64,000 nt of DNA from contig CM106586.1 in the NCBI GenBank assembly GCA_048013815.1, positions 18,290,001 through 18,354,000 of the forward strand, in the 5' to 3' direction. Position numbers and translations under genes: made by a program. Under the pieces are notes generated by a model, which worked only from the letters and a program-made list of their open reading frames with translations, was not told the DNA's origin and did no database searches. How positions within the stretch are numbered: position 1 is the first letter of the stretch; each line of letters starts with the position of its first letter. This DNA comes from Setoptus koraiensis. Taxonomy: Eukaryota; Animalia; Arthropoda. This document shows, in pieces, positions 24,801-37,633 of the stretch.

Positions 24801-26507
24801 TTGCGAGCCGAGCCGAGCCAAACTGACCGCTCCGGCCGGCCAGTCTGGCCGCGAGACGAGATGACCATTAGTGATATAATTGTGCGCGACATGTAAAATT
24901 TTATTTCGTCGGTGTCGAGCGCAAACGGACCATGCGAGCGGGCCGGGCCACCATTATCGAGCGCATGATTGTTGAGCGCATGATTATTAAGTGCGCGCCG
25001 CGCAAACCATTAAATACATCGGCGGCGTGAAAACGGGCGACATTTCCATTTAATGTCGCCCCGATCTGCGGGCCGTTGGCGCGCATCGCCGGCCACTGAT
25101 TGCGCGCTGCGGCCCGCTGCACGGGCGCGCTGTGCGGGTCGCGCGGGAGGCGCCTATCCACGCCATAAGATATCTGTGCCACATGATTACTATTATGCCC
25201 GCGTGCTGTGCGGTACGCAACACACCGGTCATTTGGTGGGCGCGATTGGCCGGCGGCGCGCCGCCGAAACCGTTATCGCTGGCTGTGGCAACCGGCCCGA
25301 CACATACGACGCGAACTCAAACTGGCAACCTATCTGCGCAGCAACGGAGCGTCTTCTTTTTGGCCCAAGTGGCCCAAGTAATGAGCCGTGCTCGGGCTGA
25401 TACAATGGTCACACTGACAGCAACTTGTTGCCGCTTGCGCCTCGTCCGCGATAAACGCCGGCTCACATTTCAGCGCGAGCGCCAGTTGCTCGACACGGCC
25501 GACAGTGGGCAGCCCGACCGGCCAGCGACCAGCGACCGACCAGCGACCGACCAGCGAACAATAACAAAGCTAAAAATAAAAAGAACGCGAAGAAAAAGAA
25601 CAGGGCGAGAGATTCGTCCTAAGCATGGGGCCAGCGCATGAGACGCGCATGCGACTGCCAGGCAAGTTGCAGTTCGAAAATCGAAAATCGAAATTCGAAG
25701 AGCGAAAATTCGAAAATCGAATATTCGAAAATACAAACTCTAGTCTCAGAACAACAACGGGCCCCGCCCACTCACCTGGACACAAATTTCGGCGAATTAT
25801 TGTTCGGAGCGGGCCGAGAGGGCGTGCCAGTGTTGCCGTTGTTGCTATCGGTGGCTTATAATGGCCGCCATAAGCTGTGGCTGCTGCAAGAGGGAGAGAG
25901 ATGAAATTATAGTTATTATCAACACTATAATTGTTGATCATCATGGCGAGTGTGTGATTAGCATCATGGCTCTCTGGGCTGTTGGCCGCGAGTCGGCAGC
26001 TAGTGATAATTTGCTGCCGCTGCTCCGGCCAACGCTGCGCCTCGCACTGACCGGTCCGCGCGAGTCGGTCCGCGCCGACCGGTCAGCACGAGTAGGTCCG
26101 AGCGCACCGCACACGGTCCGTGGGTCTGGGCTGGCCATGTTGGCGCTGAGTGGCCGAGTTTGCGGCCATTTGCTGGCCACCGGGGCCTCATTTTCGGTTG
26201 CTTCGTGCGCCCCGTCAGCGTCGCTGCAAATGCCGGGACGAAACAACGCCGCCATTGTATGTGCGGCTTGTGTTCCCGACCAGACCGCAACCAGACCGAC
26301 ACTGCTGGCCAGGGGCGTAACCATGCCATCGATCATGGCTGCACGGTGCGCGGCCCCTTTCCAGTTATCCGCTTATTATGGTGCGAGGCTCTCGGGCCGA
26401 GAGTGCGCACGCTGCCGGCGAGTACGCGCACTCTCGACGGAATGATGCTCGCCGGTCGCACCGATTTTGTGCCGACACAAAATTTGAATTTTTAAAGATG
26501 CAAGATG

Positions 26508-26551
26508 CGAGGTGCAAGGTGCAAGGTGCAAGGTGCAAGGTGCAAGGTGCA
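26508..26551. repeat. (GCAAGGT)n heptamer array, about 6 copies
   Basis: Read directly from the sequence. Confidence 0.9.
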
Positions 26552-27940
26552 AGACGCAAGACGCACGATGATGCTGCCACGAGCAGATACGAATCAGCGC
26601 GGCGTAGGTGTCGGCCAGCTCGTGCAAGCCGACACCTACGCCGCTGGACAACGGCAACGACACTCGGTAAAACGAGGGCCAGGTTGACAACGACACCGAA
26701 TCGAAGGATAATTGATGGGCGCAGCACGCTGGCCGGACAGCTGAGCAAATTGTATAATTGTGTTTAATTGGGTACGCGCCGTGCGCCGGTGTCGCCGTCA
26801 TCGAGCTATTATAAAACTATTATCAAACCATTATCAAACTATTATCAAACTGCCATCAAGATTGACTGTGCGCTGTCCGATGAGCTGATAAAAAAGCGGC
26901 GCTGCCATGGCATCGACAGTGTCGTACTATCAGCCCTGACATGGTGCTACTATGCGTGTATGCGTGGCGTGTATTTTGATCTGTGATATGATTTAATGAT
27001 GATATCCGAGGCTGGCCGTCGATGGGCCGCCGTTGCGAGATGGCGCACACTTTTGCACTTGTGCCTGTTTGCTCATTAGTGCGCCAGGCCCGCAACTAAC
27101 CTAATTGCTTATCTCTAATGCGCCTCTAATGTTGCTCGCTTCTTTTTCTTCGTTCTTCGGTCGCTTCTTCGCCGTTCCTCGCTCGCTTCTTCGCCGTTCG
27201 CTCGCTTGTTGGCTCGCTCAACTGGCGGCCCATTTGCGCGCACACCATCCGCTCGTCCCGACAGTGGAGACAAGTAAGCGTCGCATGCGGCCGGCGAGTG
27301 TCGGGCCAGCGTCGGGCCGGTCGCACGATGCACGAGGAGACGGGGCTCTGGCGAGGAAATAAACAAAACTCCTCCCCAGTTTCTCATGCTCGCAAACCAT
27401 TCCTCCCACTCGGACAAACACAAAGGCACACTGACACACACACACACACCGGCGACAGTGCCGACCGGCCGACAGTGACACCGACACCGACGCCGATACA
27501 AACAAAGGCTCGCACACAACAAGTGATGCGGTACCATCATCATAATTATCGCCATGCCATGATACACATTTACCCGTCTGTGTCTGTGTGTCAGTCTGGC
27601 AGAGACTCTCGACACAACGTGTACCTTGCGCTCGATTCCGAGCCAGCTCACACAATCTCAACACATGCAAAGGTCATTGGCATGGCTCCGGCCGACTGAC
27701 ATCAATCACGCCATATATTGGTCAGTCGCAAATATTCCGTTGTTGTCACAGTGCGGCCACCACTGACCGCACTGGCCGCGCAAACAACAATTATTACTGT
27801 ACCTCATCATTATCGGGCCGCCACTTGTCTCGCTCGTAGCGACTCGCCATTCGTGACTCCCATTTACACGACGCCAACTTGTCCGTCGAACACGTCGGAA
27901 CGTGTGTACGTACGCCATGGTTGCCTGGTCATTCCGTCAT

Positions 27941-28012
27941 TTTTGTCAATTTTTGTCAATTTTTGGCCATTTTTGTCAATCTTTGGCCATTTTTGGCCAT
28001 TTTGGGCCAATT
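27941..28012. repeat. Decamer array alternating TTTTGTCAAT and TTTTGGCCAT, about 7 copies
   Basis: Read directly from the sequence. Confidence 0.85.
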
Positions 28013-31000
28013 TTACATGTACACACACACAAATATGTAAACATTGGGCATTATGCAATGCAGTTTTGACGGAGAAAAACAAAACAGGAAGGCGCGTGGC
28101 GCCATCTGCATTCTTTCGGAACAACTGTCATTTCCAGCAATATGCCAGCCCGCATCCAGATGGAGCTGGTGGCGTTTTTCAAACTAACTTTTTCACGACA
28201 CTCTCCATATTCGCCTCTTTTTCTCTGACTATTCTTGGCATACAAATCGTATGATACAATATTTGTGTCATGCAAGAATAGTCAGTTCGGGGCCCGACCA
28301 CATGCAATCTAATTAAAGTTGCGAACGGATAAATTCTGCATATACAATGTGTATGAATACAAAGTGTATATGGTGCTGGCCTATATGAGGTCGCACCATA
28401 TACGCACCATGTATGTGAGCGCAGCGTGATGCTGCACGACAGTGGGGCCGCCGTTGAAAAAGTGGATGTATCATCGATACGAGCAAGACGCGTAAACATG
28501 TCGCCAGACGAGACGATTCTCTTATCCGACGATGAGTGTGTTATAGAGCCAACTGTGTTGTGGCAACTATTAATCATGGGCAGTCTAGTTGGCACAGAGA
28601 TCGCTGCAGAGATTGGGGCGCCCCGAGTTGGCGAAAATCCGACAAATTCTTCAAATACAACAACGGGGCAAATTATCGCCACAGCAGCAACAGCAGCCGC
28701 AGCAGCCGCAACAACAACGAGCATAAGAATAAGCATGGCCCGAGGATAGGCATTGACGAAAATTGATCCCCCCAACAATCCCGTGATGCATTACTATTCA
28801 TAGTTATCATTGTGCCGCTAATAATGGCGATGATACAAAGCGCAGATTTACATATATTGTATATATATACAGTGCATACATTTGTGGTGCGTTTATTGTT
28901 AATGCAAGTCGCCGCAAACAGAATAGAATGGGCCGACAAGTTGGCGAACAGTGAGCGAAATTGATTAGCATAATCGCGGCCTCATCCATTGTCATTGTTG
29001 GCCGGCAAAAACATGCCAGCCACAACTGGTTTGTGTTGTCGTTGTTGTTGCCGCTGTTGTTGGCGTTGCGCGAGTCGGCCGCCGGTATTTGTGTGTGTTG
29101 ACAACACCAATTTCAACGACAATATTATTACTTCATAGGGACATTACTTTATATGAACGACGACGATGATTTATGAATCAATGGAGGCAATACGCGCACA
29201 AGTTAAACAGAATGGACAAGTTGGCACAGAATAGATAGAAACAACATGATGCCGGCACAGATACGACAAGTTGATGATGCAACATGATGAAATATTGATA
29301 TTCGCAATTTGCGATCATAATGTCACGTGTAGCAGCATGTAGCAACTACATGTGACAATGCAGCAGCAGCGCTTTATTTATGCAAATAAACCTGTGCTGG
29401 TGCTTGTTTTGTTGTTGGCGACAGTGCTCGCAAACAATACCGACTGGTCGCAACAAACCGCCGGCGTGCTCACTGGCCGACATGCCAAAAACAACAGCAA
29501 CAGCGTCACATTATGTTATATTATTATTGCATATTTCATCAAGGTCGCATATTGTTTGCGCGCCTCCAATCCCCCGCCGAACAACAATCGATCTCTGGCA
29601 ATCTCTGGCAGTCTCTGGCAGTCTCTGGCAAACGTTGGGCCCCTCGCAAAGTTGTGCGGTCATCTCTGTGTCCAGTTTTCTGTCTGTGCCGGTTTGCTCG
29701 CAGTCGGCGTGCAACTGTCACGCTGGCAACTGTCTGACGTGAGCGATAATTAGCAGCCAATTAACACAAACAAAGCTCGTCTGCTGCTGCCAAACTGTTT
29801 GGCAACTACGTAGACTCTATTCAACAATAACTACTTACGACAACCAGTTGTTGTTAGCTGGCACCGTCACTTGTTATGCTCAAGGCTCGAGCATCAACCA
29901 CAAATGGAGAGACGCACTTGACCAGCGATCGAGCAGCGGCCACCGGCCAATTGGCACAGCAGCCTCAAGTTGGCACAGGCTGCCCGGAAGTGGCCCCAAA
30001 TCGGCCCCAATCTCACAACAATCTCACAACAATCTCACAACAATCTCACATACATGAGCATACACGTGAGTGTATGCAGAATCCAGTGAGATGATACAAT
30101 ATACAATGAGAGCCAATGCACGGGTAGCTTCGCTTTGCATTAGCATTCTCTTGTTCGCCCACAATGGTTCAGGCAGTTTGCATCACGACGAACGGTGAGA
30201 TAAATTGCCATTTATCACACCTTAAAAATGCGTGGAAAATGTGTGAAATACTTTAAAACTATAATGTGATTTGTTATCTAGCGCTTACATCATCATTAGA
30301 TGATCGTTAGCCCACATTACTTAATGATGCTATGCTATGTTGATAGTTACAGCGGTTGCGGTGCAGACGATATGTGCGCAGTTGTTGAGATGGCGATGAT
30401 AGAAAAACTGGCGACAACATGATTCGACAATGGATAACAGCAGCAGTTCTAGTGGCAACAACAACGACAAGCGGCAACAACAACGACAAGCAGCAACAAC
30501 AACGACAAGCAGCAACAAAATAGAGAAAATGAAATAAAACGGAATAAATCTCTCAAAAGTGCGCCGAGTGCCACGTGCTGCCAGCGCGCGTTAGTGTCCA
30601 AGTCAATTGTGGGTTCAGTGAGAGAGAGATTTATTTGTGTGTTTGTGGCTTTTTTGCCCGCTGTACGTCGTTTGCACTTTAAAAAGTTTTAAGTCGCCCT
30701 TGTAATGGAATGAGAGCGAGAGCGAGAGAAAATGAAGCAAGAAGCGTTCAATTGTGGCGAGATTGAGCAAATATGATAAGTTGCTTGTTGACTGGTGGCC
30801 ATCTTTCATTGGTGCAATTGGCGACTTGGTGTTGCCATTAGCTTTTGCCTCAACGACTACAAAAATAACAATTGAATTATGAATAGTGAGCGCAGTCAAA
30901 AAGAATTATCAAACACGAGACGAGAGATATGTTCTCTCGATATGGATATGTATATGGATATGGATGAAAAAGGAATGCGAAAAAAGCCAAGTGGAAAAAA

Positions 31001-32699
31001 AATGCATCGCGCATTTTTTCCCGCTTGGCGGACAAAAAGTGATTCGCACTTAAGTCACAAATATACGCAACTGTCTATGGAGATAAACAGACAAGATTGT
31101 TGTAACCTGTAAACTGTAACGTGCAACCATTAATGCAGTGCGAGTGCATATGTGCACCGCGGCAAGGCCTATATCCCGGTTGGGCGCCTATATGGGCCAG
31201 CTAGCTAACTGTGTATCTGTCTGTCTCGAATAATTTGCTATCTTTAAATAGAAATTGAGACACCGAATTGGCTGGCTGACTGGCTGGCTGAAATGGCTGC
31301 CTGTTTTTGGTTTGAGCGCAGCAATTTCAACCGGCCAACACTTGCCGTTGTGATCAAGAGATGCAACAAACACAATTCAATCTCTTTTTGTTGCCATTTT
31401 GTCGGCTTGCCAACTTGCGCGCTCTTGTGTGTCGAAATGGGCCGCCTAATTGAGTGCCATTTAATCCAAGCCTCTACAGCACATATATCAGTGTTTGTTA
31501 TTGCATTATTTTGTGTGTGGTCAGTGTGGCTCAAGCCACAAAAACTATTGGCCAATCGCAGCGGGCCCAATTACACTATTACGTATTGTGTTATTAGGAG
31601 GAGAGTGACCAATGAATAACAGTGTTCATTACATGAGATCATTACATAAGTGTGTATTGGTGGTTGTTGTTCACGCTTGAGTAACATTGGTAGCACACAG
31701 CATACACGACATGACCACTTGTGTGTTTGTTGGCAACGCACACAAACACGGACAGAAACAAATGGGCCCAATGAGGGGCCTCAAGACGAGCACAGCAACG
31801 AATCTAAATGGATGTGTTGTGTCAATGGTTATTGCCCGGCAAGCAACCGCAGCGAGCAACAAAATAACAAAACAACAAAACAAATCGCCCGCCCGCTCGC
31901 TCGCCGTGTCCGATGCAGTGTCCAGTTGACTAACGGTATCGCACGAGTTTGTTTTTGGTCAACAATAGCGCAACACTGACAGTGCCAATCATAATCATAT
32001 TTAGTGAGCACCGTTAACCGTTGACCATTATCGCACTGACCTCTCTCGGATGCAGCATGGCAGCTTGTGGCCAGCAGCGACAACAATGGCCCCAAATAAG
32101 TGCAGTGCGCACAGTATGACATTGCACACTCTCGGAAACAGTTACAAATTAGCAGTGATACCCGCGATGGGGCCCCATAGCGGCGACATGGCGGCCATTC
32201 CAACAGCGATACAGCCGGTTATATAGCGGGCGATACAGCGAGTGATATAGCGGGCGATATAGCGACAGGCTGATATAGCGACAGGGTGACAGGTTGCGCG
32301 CACTGGCCAGATAGATTGGCCGGCTCAGCGGTTGGAGAGCGCTCTTTTCTGCTCCAGCGAGCACTTGTATGCTCTTTTGGGGCGCAAATATCTTGTTCCG
32401 CTGCGCCGAACTCGCTGTCTGTGTGCCCGTGATCGATTCAATCAGGTCCGAACCACGACACAATGGGCCACCACAGTGACACTGTAAGTGTATTTGTGTC
32501 CCCGGCACAGACACAAACAGAAACGGCGCCAAGAGCACAAATGGGGCCCCAGCAATGCTAGCCAAGCGATAAGAATTAATCGCCTCACATACACACACAC
32601 CGATAATAATTGCCAATACGATGCCTCTTTGGCCGATAATGCGCTCATACGCTAATACGCCGTCCCGACAGTCGCAGCGTCATGTAGTCGCAGCGTCAT

Positions 32700-32722
32700 G
32701 TTATGTAACAGCGTTACATAAT
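32700..32722. promoter_or_regulatory. Inverted pair of PAR-bZIP (D-box) consensus sites, GTTATGTAAC-AGC-GTTACATAAT
   Basis: Both decamers match RTTAYGTAAY exactly, on opposite strands. Function is inferred only. Confidence 0.35.
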
Positions 32723-33572
32723 AATGCCGGGCCGGCGGCAACAGGAAGACACTGTCTACCTCTTCTGGCACCCTCTTCTGGTACGTACGCGTGGTTGCAA
32801 CAGCGCGCGTTGTGCCACAAGAGCGGCTTCTGTGATTGCGCAATTGTGTGGAGGAGGTCGAACAAGGATCAGACACACGACGACAAGATTAGCGCGTTGT
32901 GTGTTATTGGGTTGCACCCATATCGCCGGCGCGCCAGTTATGACAATATAATTGCGCGACAACAACAACAACACATACACACACACACCCATTAATACGT
33001 AACTAATCCGCGCCCGACAACAATTTTCAACTGCGCACGAGCCCGTCATTTGGGTATTTGTCGGCTCAGCGAGGTTCCAGCCATTAGGCGCTAGGTGGTG
33101 TGTCTGGCGATGAGATAAACCGAGATATCTCACACGAACACACACACACACACACACACATTTTGGCACTGCTTGCATAACTGTATCAACTGCGATAAAT
33201 GCGATCGCTGAGCATTCACACCGATCGCTGCCGGCGCGCTGCGACAATCACGTGCCGTTGTGAGATAATCCAAATACGCGATTATGATATTTTAATCAAC
33301 ACGACATAGGTGCGGTGTCCAGCAGAGGGCCCCACTGGCCCCCTGGCCCCGCTGGCAGGTCAGCCGGCCGGGCCGAAGCCTGCGAATGGATGCAGGCGGG
33401 TTTTGTTGCAACTTGCGATGCCTATTGCAGCGGGCAGTGCCCGGCACGAATGGCATCTCGTAAAAAAGTTGTTGAGGCCAAAAGTAGCAAGTATTTGTGG
33501 CCCGAGTGACACTTATTCTGTGTCGGTGTGAACTGATTTGGTGGCGCCGGCACACACACAAAATCACACAGA

Positions 33573-33616
33573 CCCACCGAATCTCAGAGACCCACCGAAT
33601 CTCAGAGACCCACCAA
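33573..33616. repeat. 18-nt unit ACCCACCGAATCTCAGAG, about 2.5 copies
   Basis: Read directly from the sequence. Confidence 0.85.
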
Positions 33617-34077
33617 ATCACACTGACACACCGAACGGAGCGCGTCCCAAACGCTAAACGGCCGCCAGTTTGTTCGCATAAAACAACGGACAGCGAAAAT
33701 ATTTAGTGACGACGATGATGTGTGACTGACCGCTACAACATATATTATAATATATGAATATTAGGTGAGTGGCGGACGGCCCAAAATGGCCACGGACAAT
33801 AATGCGCCATTGAGACGGACAATAATGCGCCGTTGAGACGGACACAGGCAACAAATCAAACGAGCTCGGGTCCGCTTCGCCTTGTCACAGGGGCGACAGT
33901 TAGTGCGCGCCGGTGTCACTTATAATCTCTGGCTGGCCAGCACTCACTTTTTTGGCTTGCGCCCCAAAAAGTGAGTGCTGGCCCCATGCTCTTGAGCGTG
34001 GTTGTCGCTTGTTTTAGTTGGCGCGGCCACTTGAGGTGAGCGCGACCGGCCCATCTTACGGTCCGAGGCCGTCTTAC

Positions 34078-34172
34078 GCCGCTGACACTGCCGGCGCCGC
34101 TGACACTGCCGGCACCGCGGACACTGCCGGCACCGCGGACAACGCCGACACTGCCGACGACGCCGACACTGC
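34078..34172. repeat. Degenerate 18-nt unit CGC(T/G)GACACTGCCGGCAC, about 5 copies
   Basis: Read directly from the sequence. Confidence 0.85.
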
Positions 34173-36967
34173 AAGAGCATGAGAACAACAAATATCTCTA
34201 GTGGTTGCTCGGGACACGCTCCGGCGCGGCAATATTGCCCGTGTGTCCAGTGACAGGCATACAGCAACATGCAAATTTAATCAGGGTAATTGATATGAAC
34301 TCCCCATTCTATGAATTGCATCACTTTGCCTGCCCACTGGCACACTCGTTCGTTGGTGTATGCTGATTCTTGGCGCCATTGGCCGCTAATGGTGATTAAT
34401 TGCAGCCAGCAACACAAGCAATTACGGCCAGTGGTCATCGTTGTTTGATTGATTCGAGCGCGTTTTAAACAGTCGGCTCAAGCAGTTGTTGCTGGTTCCC
34501 ACTAACAACCAACGACTAGCGACCAACAACCAACAGCTAACAACTAGCAACCAGCAATCAGCAACCAGAAACCAGCAAGATGCCAGTGATGCGGTTCCGC
34601 GCGCATCCCTGGCATCAAATAAATAATAAATAGTGGATAGTAAGTTGCGTAAGATGCCTCCTTTTTAACACGCTCATTTTTCATTGTGTCGCGTGAGTGT
34701 CTCGCTCTGTCCGGCGGCGTCTCGAGCCGCTCTTCGAGTCGGGCCCGGCAAGAGCCGTGTCAGGGCAACCGGCAACACGGCAAGAATGTCAACTGCGCGC
34801 CAACTGTGACACTGGCGTCGGTGACGCTGGCATTGGTGACGCTGGCATTGGCGACATAGCTGGTATTAGCGACACCAGTATTGGTGACATAGCTGGGGCT
34901 CGGAAAAAGAAGCGGCCCCAAAAAAATCTTGCTCTTGCTCTCTCGCTCGGAGAGGGGCAAGCAAGCCGGCTCTTGCCCTCGTGCGCGTGCTGCCCGCGGA
35001 GACAAACTCAGCTCAGACAAACAAATGTACATACGAATCAATGTGTGCTCACGCAGTTTGTGGGGCCCCGACGTCGCGTGCTAACGTGTGCCCTCTAATG
35101 TGCTCATCGTGATAAGAGAAAGCGGACCGAATGAGCAAGTCAGAACCAGCGGCACGCGTCACGTGTCGCCTAGATGATTTCATTTTGGGCTCGCTCACTC
35201 GCTCTCACTGCTGCCTCGTCTGCTGTCTGTTTGTCTATCTATGATTAGTGGTGGATGCACTTCATTAAATCACACCCGCTGATATTACACCCCGCTACTC
35301 GTATCATATTCTCCTATCGCATATTATGTAAGACTGTGCTGCTGTGATCCATTCCATTCCATTCAATTCCATTCTGTTCCGTTCCGTTCCGTTCTGTTCT
35401 GCTCGCTCATGTTCTTTTGTGTGCGCCAACATTTTGTGTGCGCGCCAACATGCTCCGTTATAGTTGGCTGGCGTGCTATATGCTAGTCGTGCTGTTTGTT
35501 GTTATGTTGCTGTCGCCTGTGTCCCATCGTCTAACTGTGTTATTCTGGGTCAACTGTTCGCAACAACATGACTATTCATGAATAGTCATCATGGGGAGCT
35601 GCAATCCTAGAGAAAATAAGATTTGTCACACACCGACACACACACCGACACACTAAACAAGTAGTCGTGTGTTATCGTTGGCGGGGATTATAGCCGCTGT
35701 TATGTAACCGCTACGACTACTTAATACCCACTAGCTACTTTTATGTGCTATTATCGTGGCGCCCCTCTAATCTCTTTGTCGCAGCTACTGCTGTTGGCGC
35801 TTACAACAATTTGTTAGTGTCTGTGAGTGCGCTTACCACTCACCAAGCCAGCGCAGAAAAGTGTCCGAGTAAGTGAAGACCAGATGACGATTACGACGAC
35901 CATGATGACCATGATGATGATGATGTAATAACTGATAATAACAACAACTTTCTATTGGGGCCCCGATTGTGCAATTTGTCAAGAGAGTGGTTCTTCTTGT
36001 TTTTTGTTCGCAGGCTAAACTTTGCCAGACACACTTTGCAACCTAATGTAAACTGATAGAGAGAGACATAAATTGAGCAGCTTGATTCGAGACGAAACAA
36101 AAAGAGATTAGCTGGCCGCCGGTGAGTGACACGACCAGTGTGACTCGATTAGTGGGCGCCGCGAGCTGCCGGCTAACGTCCGACTAGCCGCTTGAGAGCT
36201 GCTGGCTCTCACAATTGTCACAATTGAGGCGAGTCACGGTGCATGCGATGCCTATAAATGCCAAAAGAACAATAGTCTGCGTCAGCTGACACTTGTCAGT
36301 TGTGACACAAAAAGCGCCCCAAGATATTGCCCTGCTCTAATGGTGCAGCGATATCTTTGCACTAATTGCTGGCCTCGTCACGACACACCCACTTACCTGT
36401 CGCTCAATTGACTCGATATAGGTCAAGCGAATGAGATTGGTGCTTGGGCTCGTCGGCCATATTATTTCATATTATCTGCTTCAAGCACCCATTACAGTGG
36501 CGTATGAGGCGCAGTGTGACGATCGTTTGTTTTGGCAGCGCTGCAAAAAGATGGCCGCTGGCCAGTTGCATTATAGTGGCAGCAATATAGTCTCGGTGTC
36601 GTGTGCAATGTTGCACATATATCGAACATTAAACGGTTAGGCGGCCTAACTTGGGCCAACGACGGCAAGATGGTTGGCTGGCCTGCGTGAGTGTTGCGCG
36701 GTGCGCACAAGAATGCAATTGTGTGTCGCTATTGTGCCAACTGGGCCGGACAGCTGGGCAGCACGGGGGAGGGGGCAAGCAGCGAGCAGTGAGTGGCTGG
36801 CTTTTTGTTCGATTTGACTCAAGTCGAACAGGCCGGCGGCAAGCTGAGTCTGGCAGACGGGCTACTTTTGTCAATCTGTCCTATATCGGGCTCACTGGAG
36901 CTCATCTGCTGCTGCTGCTGGCTGGCTGGCTGGCGTGTATTGGCGTCTAGTGGTGCCCAGTGGCGCC

Positions 36968-37034
36968 TGTCGGGGCATGTTGGTGCCCAGTGGTGCCTGT
37001 TGGTGCCTGTTGGTGCCTGTTGGTGCCTGTTGGT
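36968..37034. repeat. (TGGTGCCTGT)n decamer array, about 6 copies
   Basis: Read directly from the sequence. Confidence 0.9.
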
Positions 37035-37633
37035 GTGGTGCAATGCGCGTATGTGCGCCAACATATTGGAGCGACACACGAGCGTGCGTTGCGTCGCTGC
37101 GCCATGTTCGTTTGTTGCAACACACACACACACATATTGCTGTTGGTTGCGCCCTAACCAAACCCGAGAATACGCCCCCCATCCTCTCCCCTGCCCTTTA
37201 GTGGCTGTGTTGGTGTGTGGAAAAGGCTGGCAGTGAGCAGAAAGTGCGCGCATAAAACCGGTATGGCGCATCTGACCTATATCGGGCGACGCACTCAAGT
37301 TGGCCAAGTGCATATGTGCGTGTAAGTTTGTTCGTCTGGTGCGACTGGCGCGCCACTACACGCCGTTGTGCTGCATGCGTCACTACATGTGTGCGTTTAT
37401 TTTTATACATACAGTATATTGGCCATACCAACGATAGCGGCAATAATAATATAAATAATAATAACATCAGTGGGCCACGTAACAAAAACAATAACAAGCG
37501 ATATTACAATAAACGACATTATGATAAACATTATGTAACATCTAGCGACATAATATTAATAACGACAATAATTGCATAATAATAAGCGACGCAAGCATTA
37601 TAAGCGACTAGCAGCTCATGTCCAGACACCAAT

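Noticed and set aside
31633-31655. TGAGATCATT (bantam-like seed); also TGAGGTAGT at about 41134 (let-7-like) and TGACTAGA at about 10499 (miR-279-like)
   Set aside because: Only seed-length matches; the 3' parts diverge from the mature miRNAs and no complementary precursor arm is present.
35891-36100. CKVCLAKF...H resembling a C2H2 finger
   Set aside because: His spacing is wrong, it is isolated, and it lies antisense to a polypyrimidine tract.
56-37034. Tandem arrays as possible CRISPR-like repeats
   Set aside because: Units are contiguous without unique spacers, the context is eukaryotic, and there are no cas genes.
16400-37500. Long ORFs such as 17641-18519 (292 aa), 19390-19998, 25861-26445 and 28179-28778
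   Set aside because: Low-complexity Arg/Ala/Cys-rich translations, often starting at TTG or GTG, with equally long antisense frames and no recognisable family.
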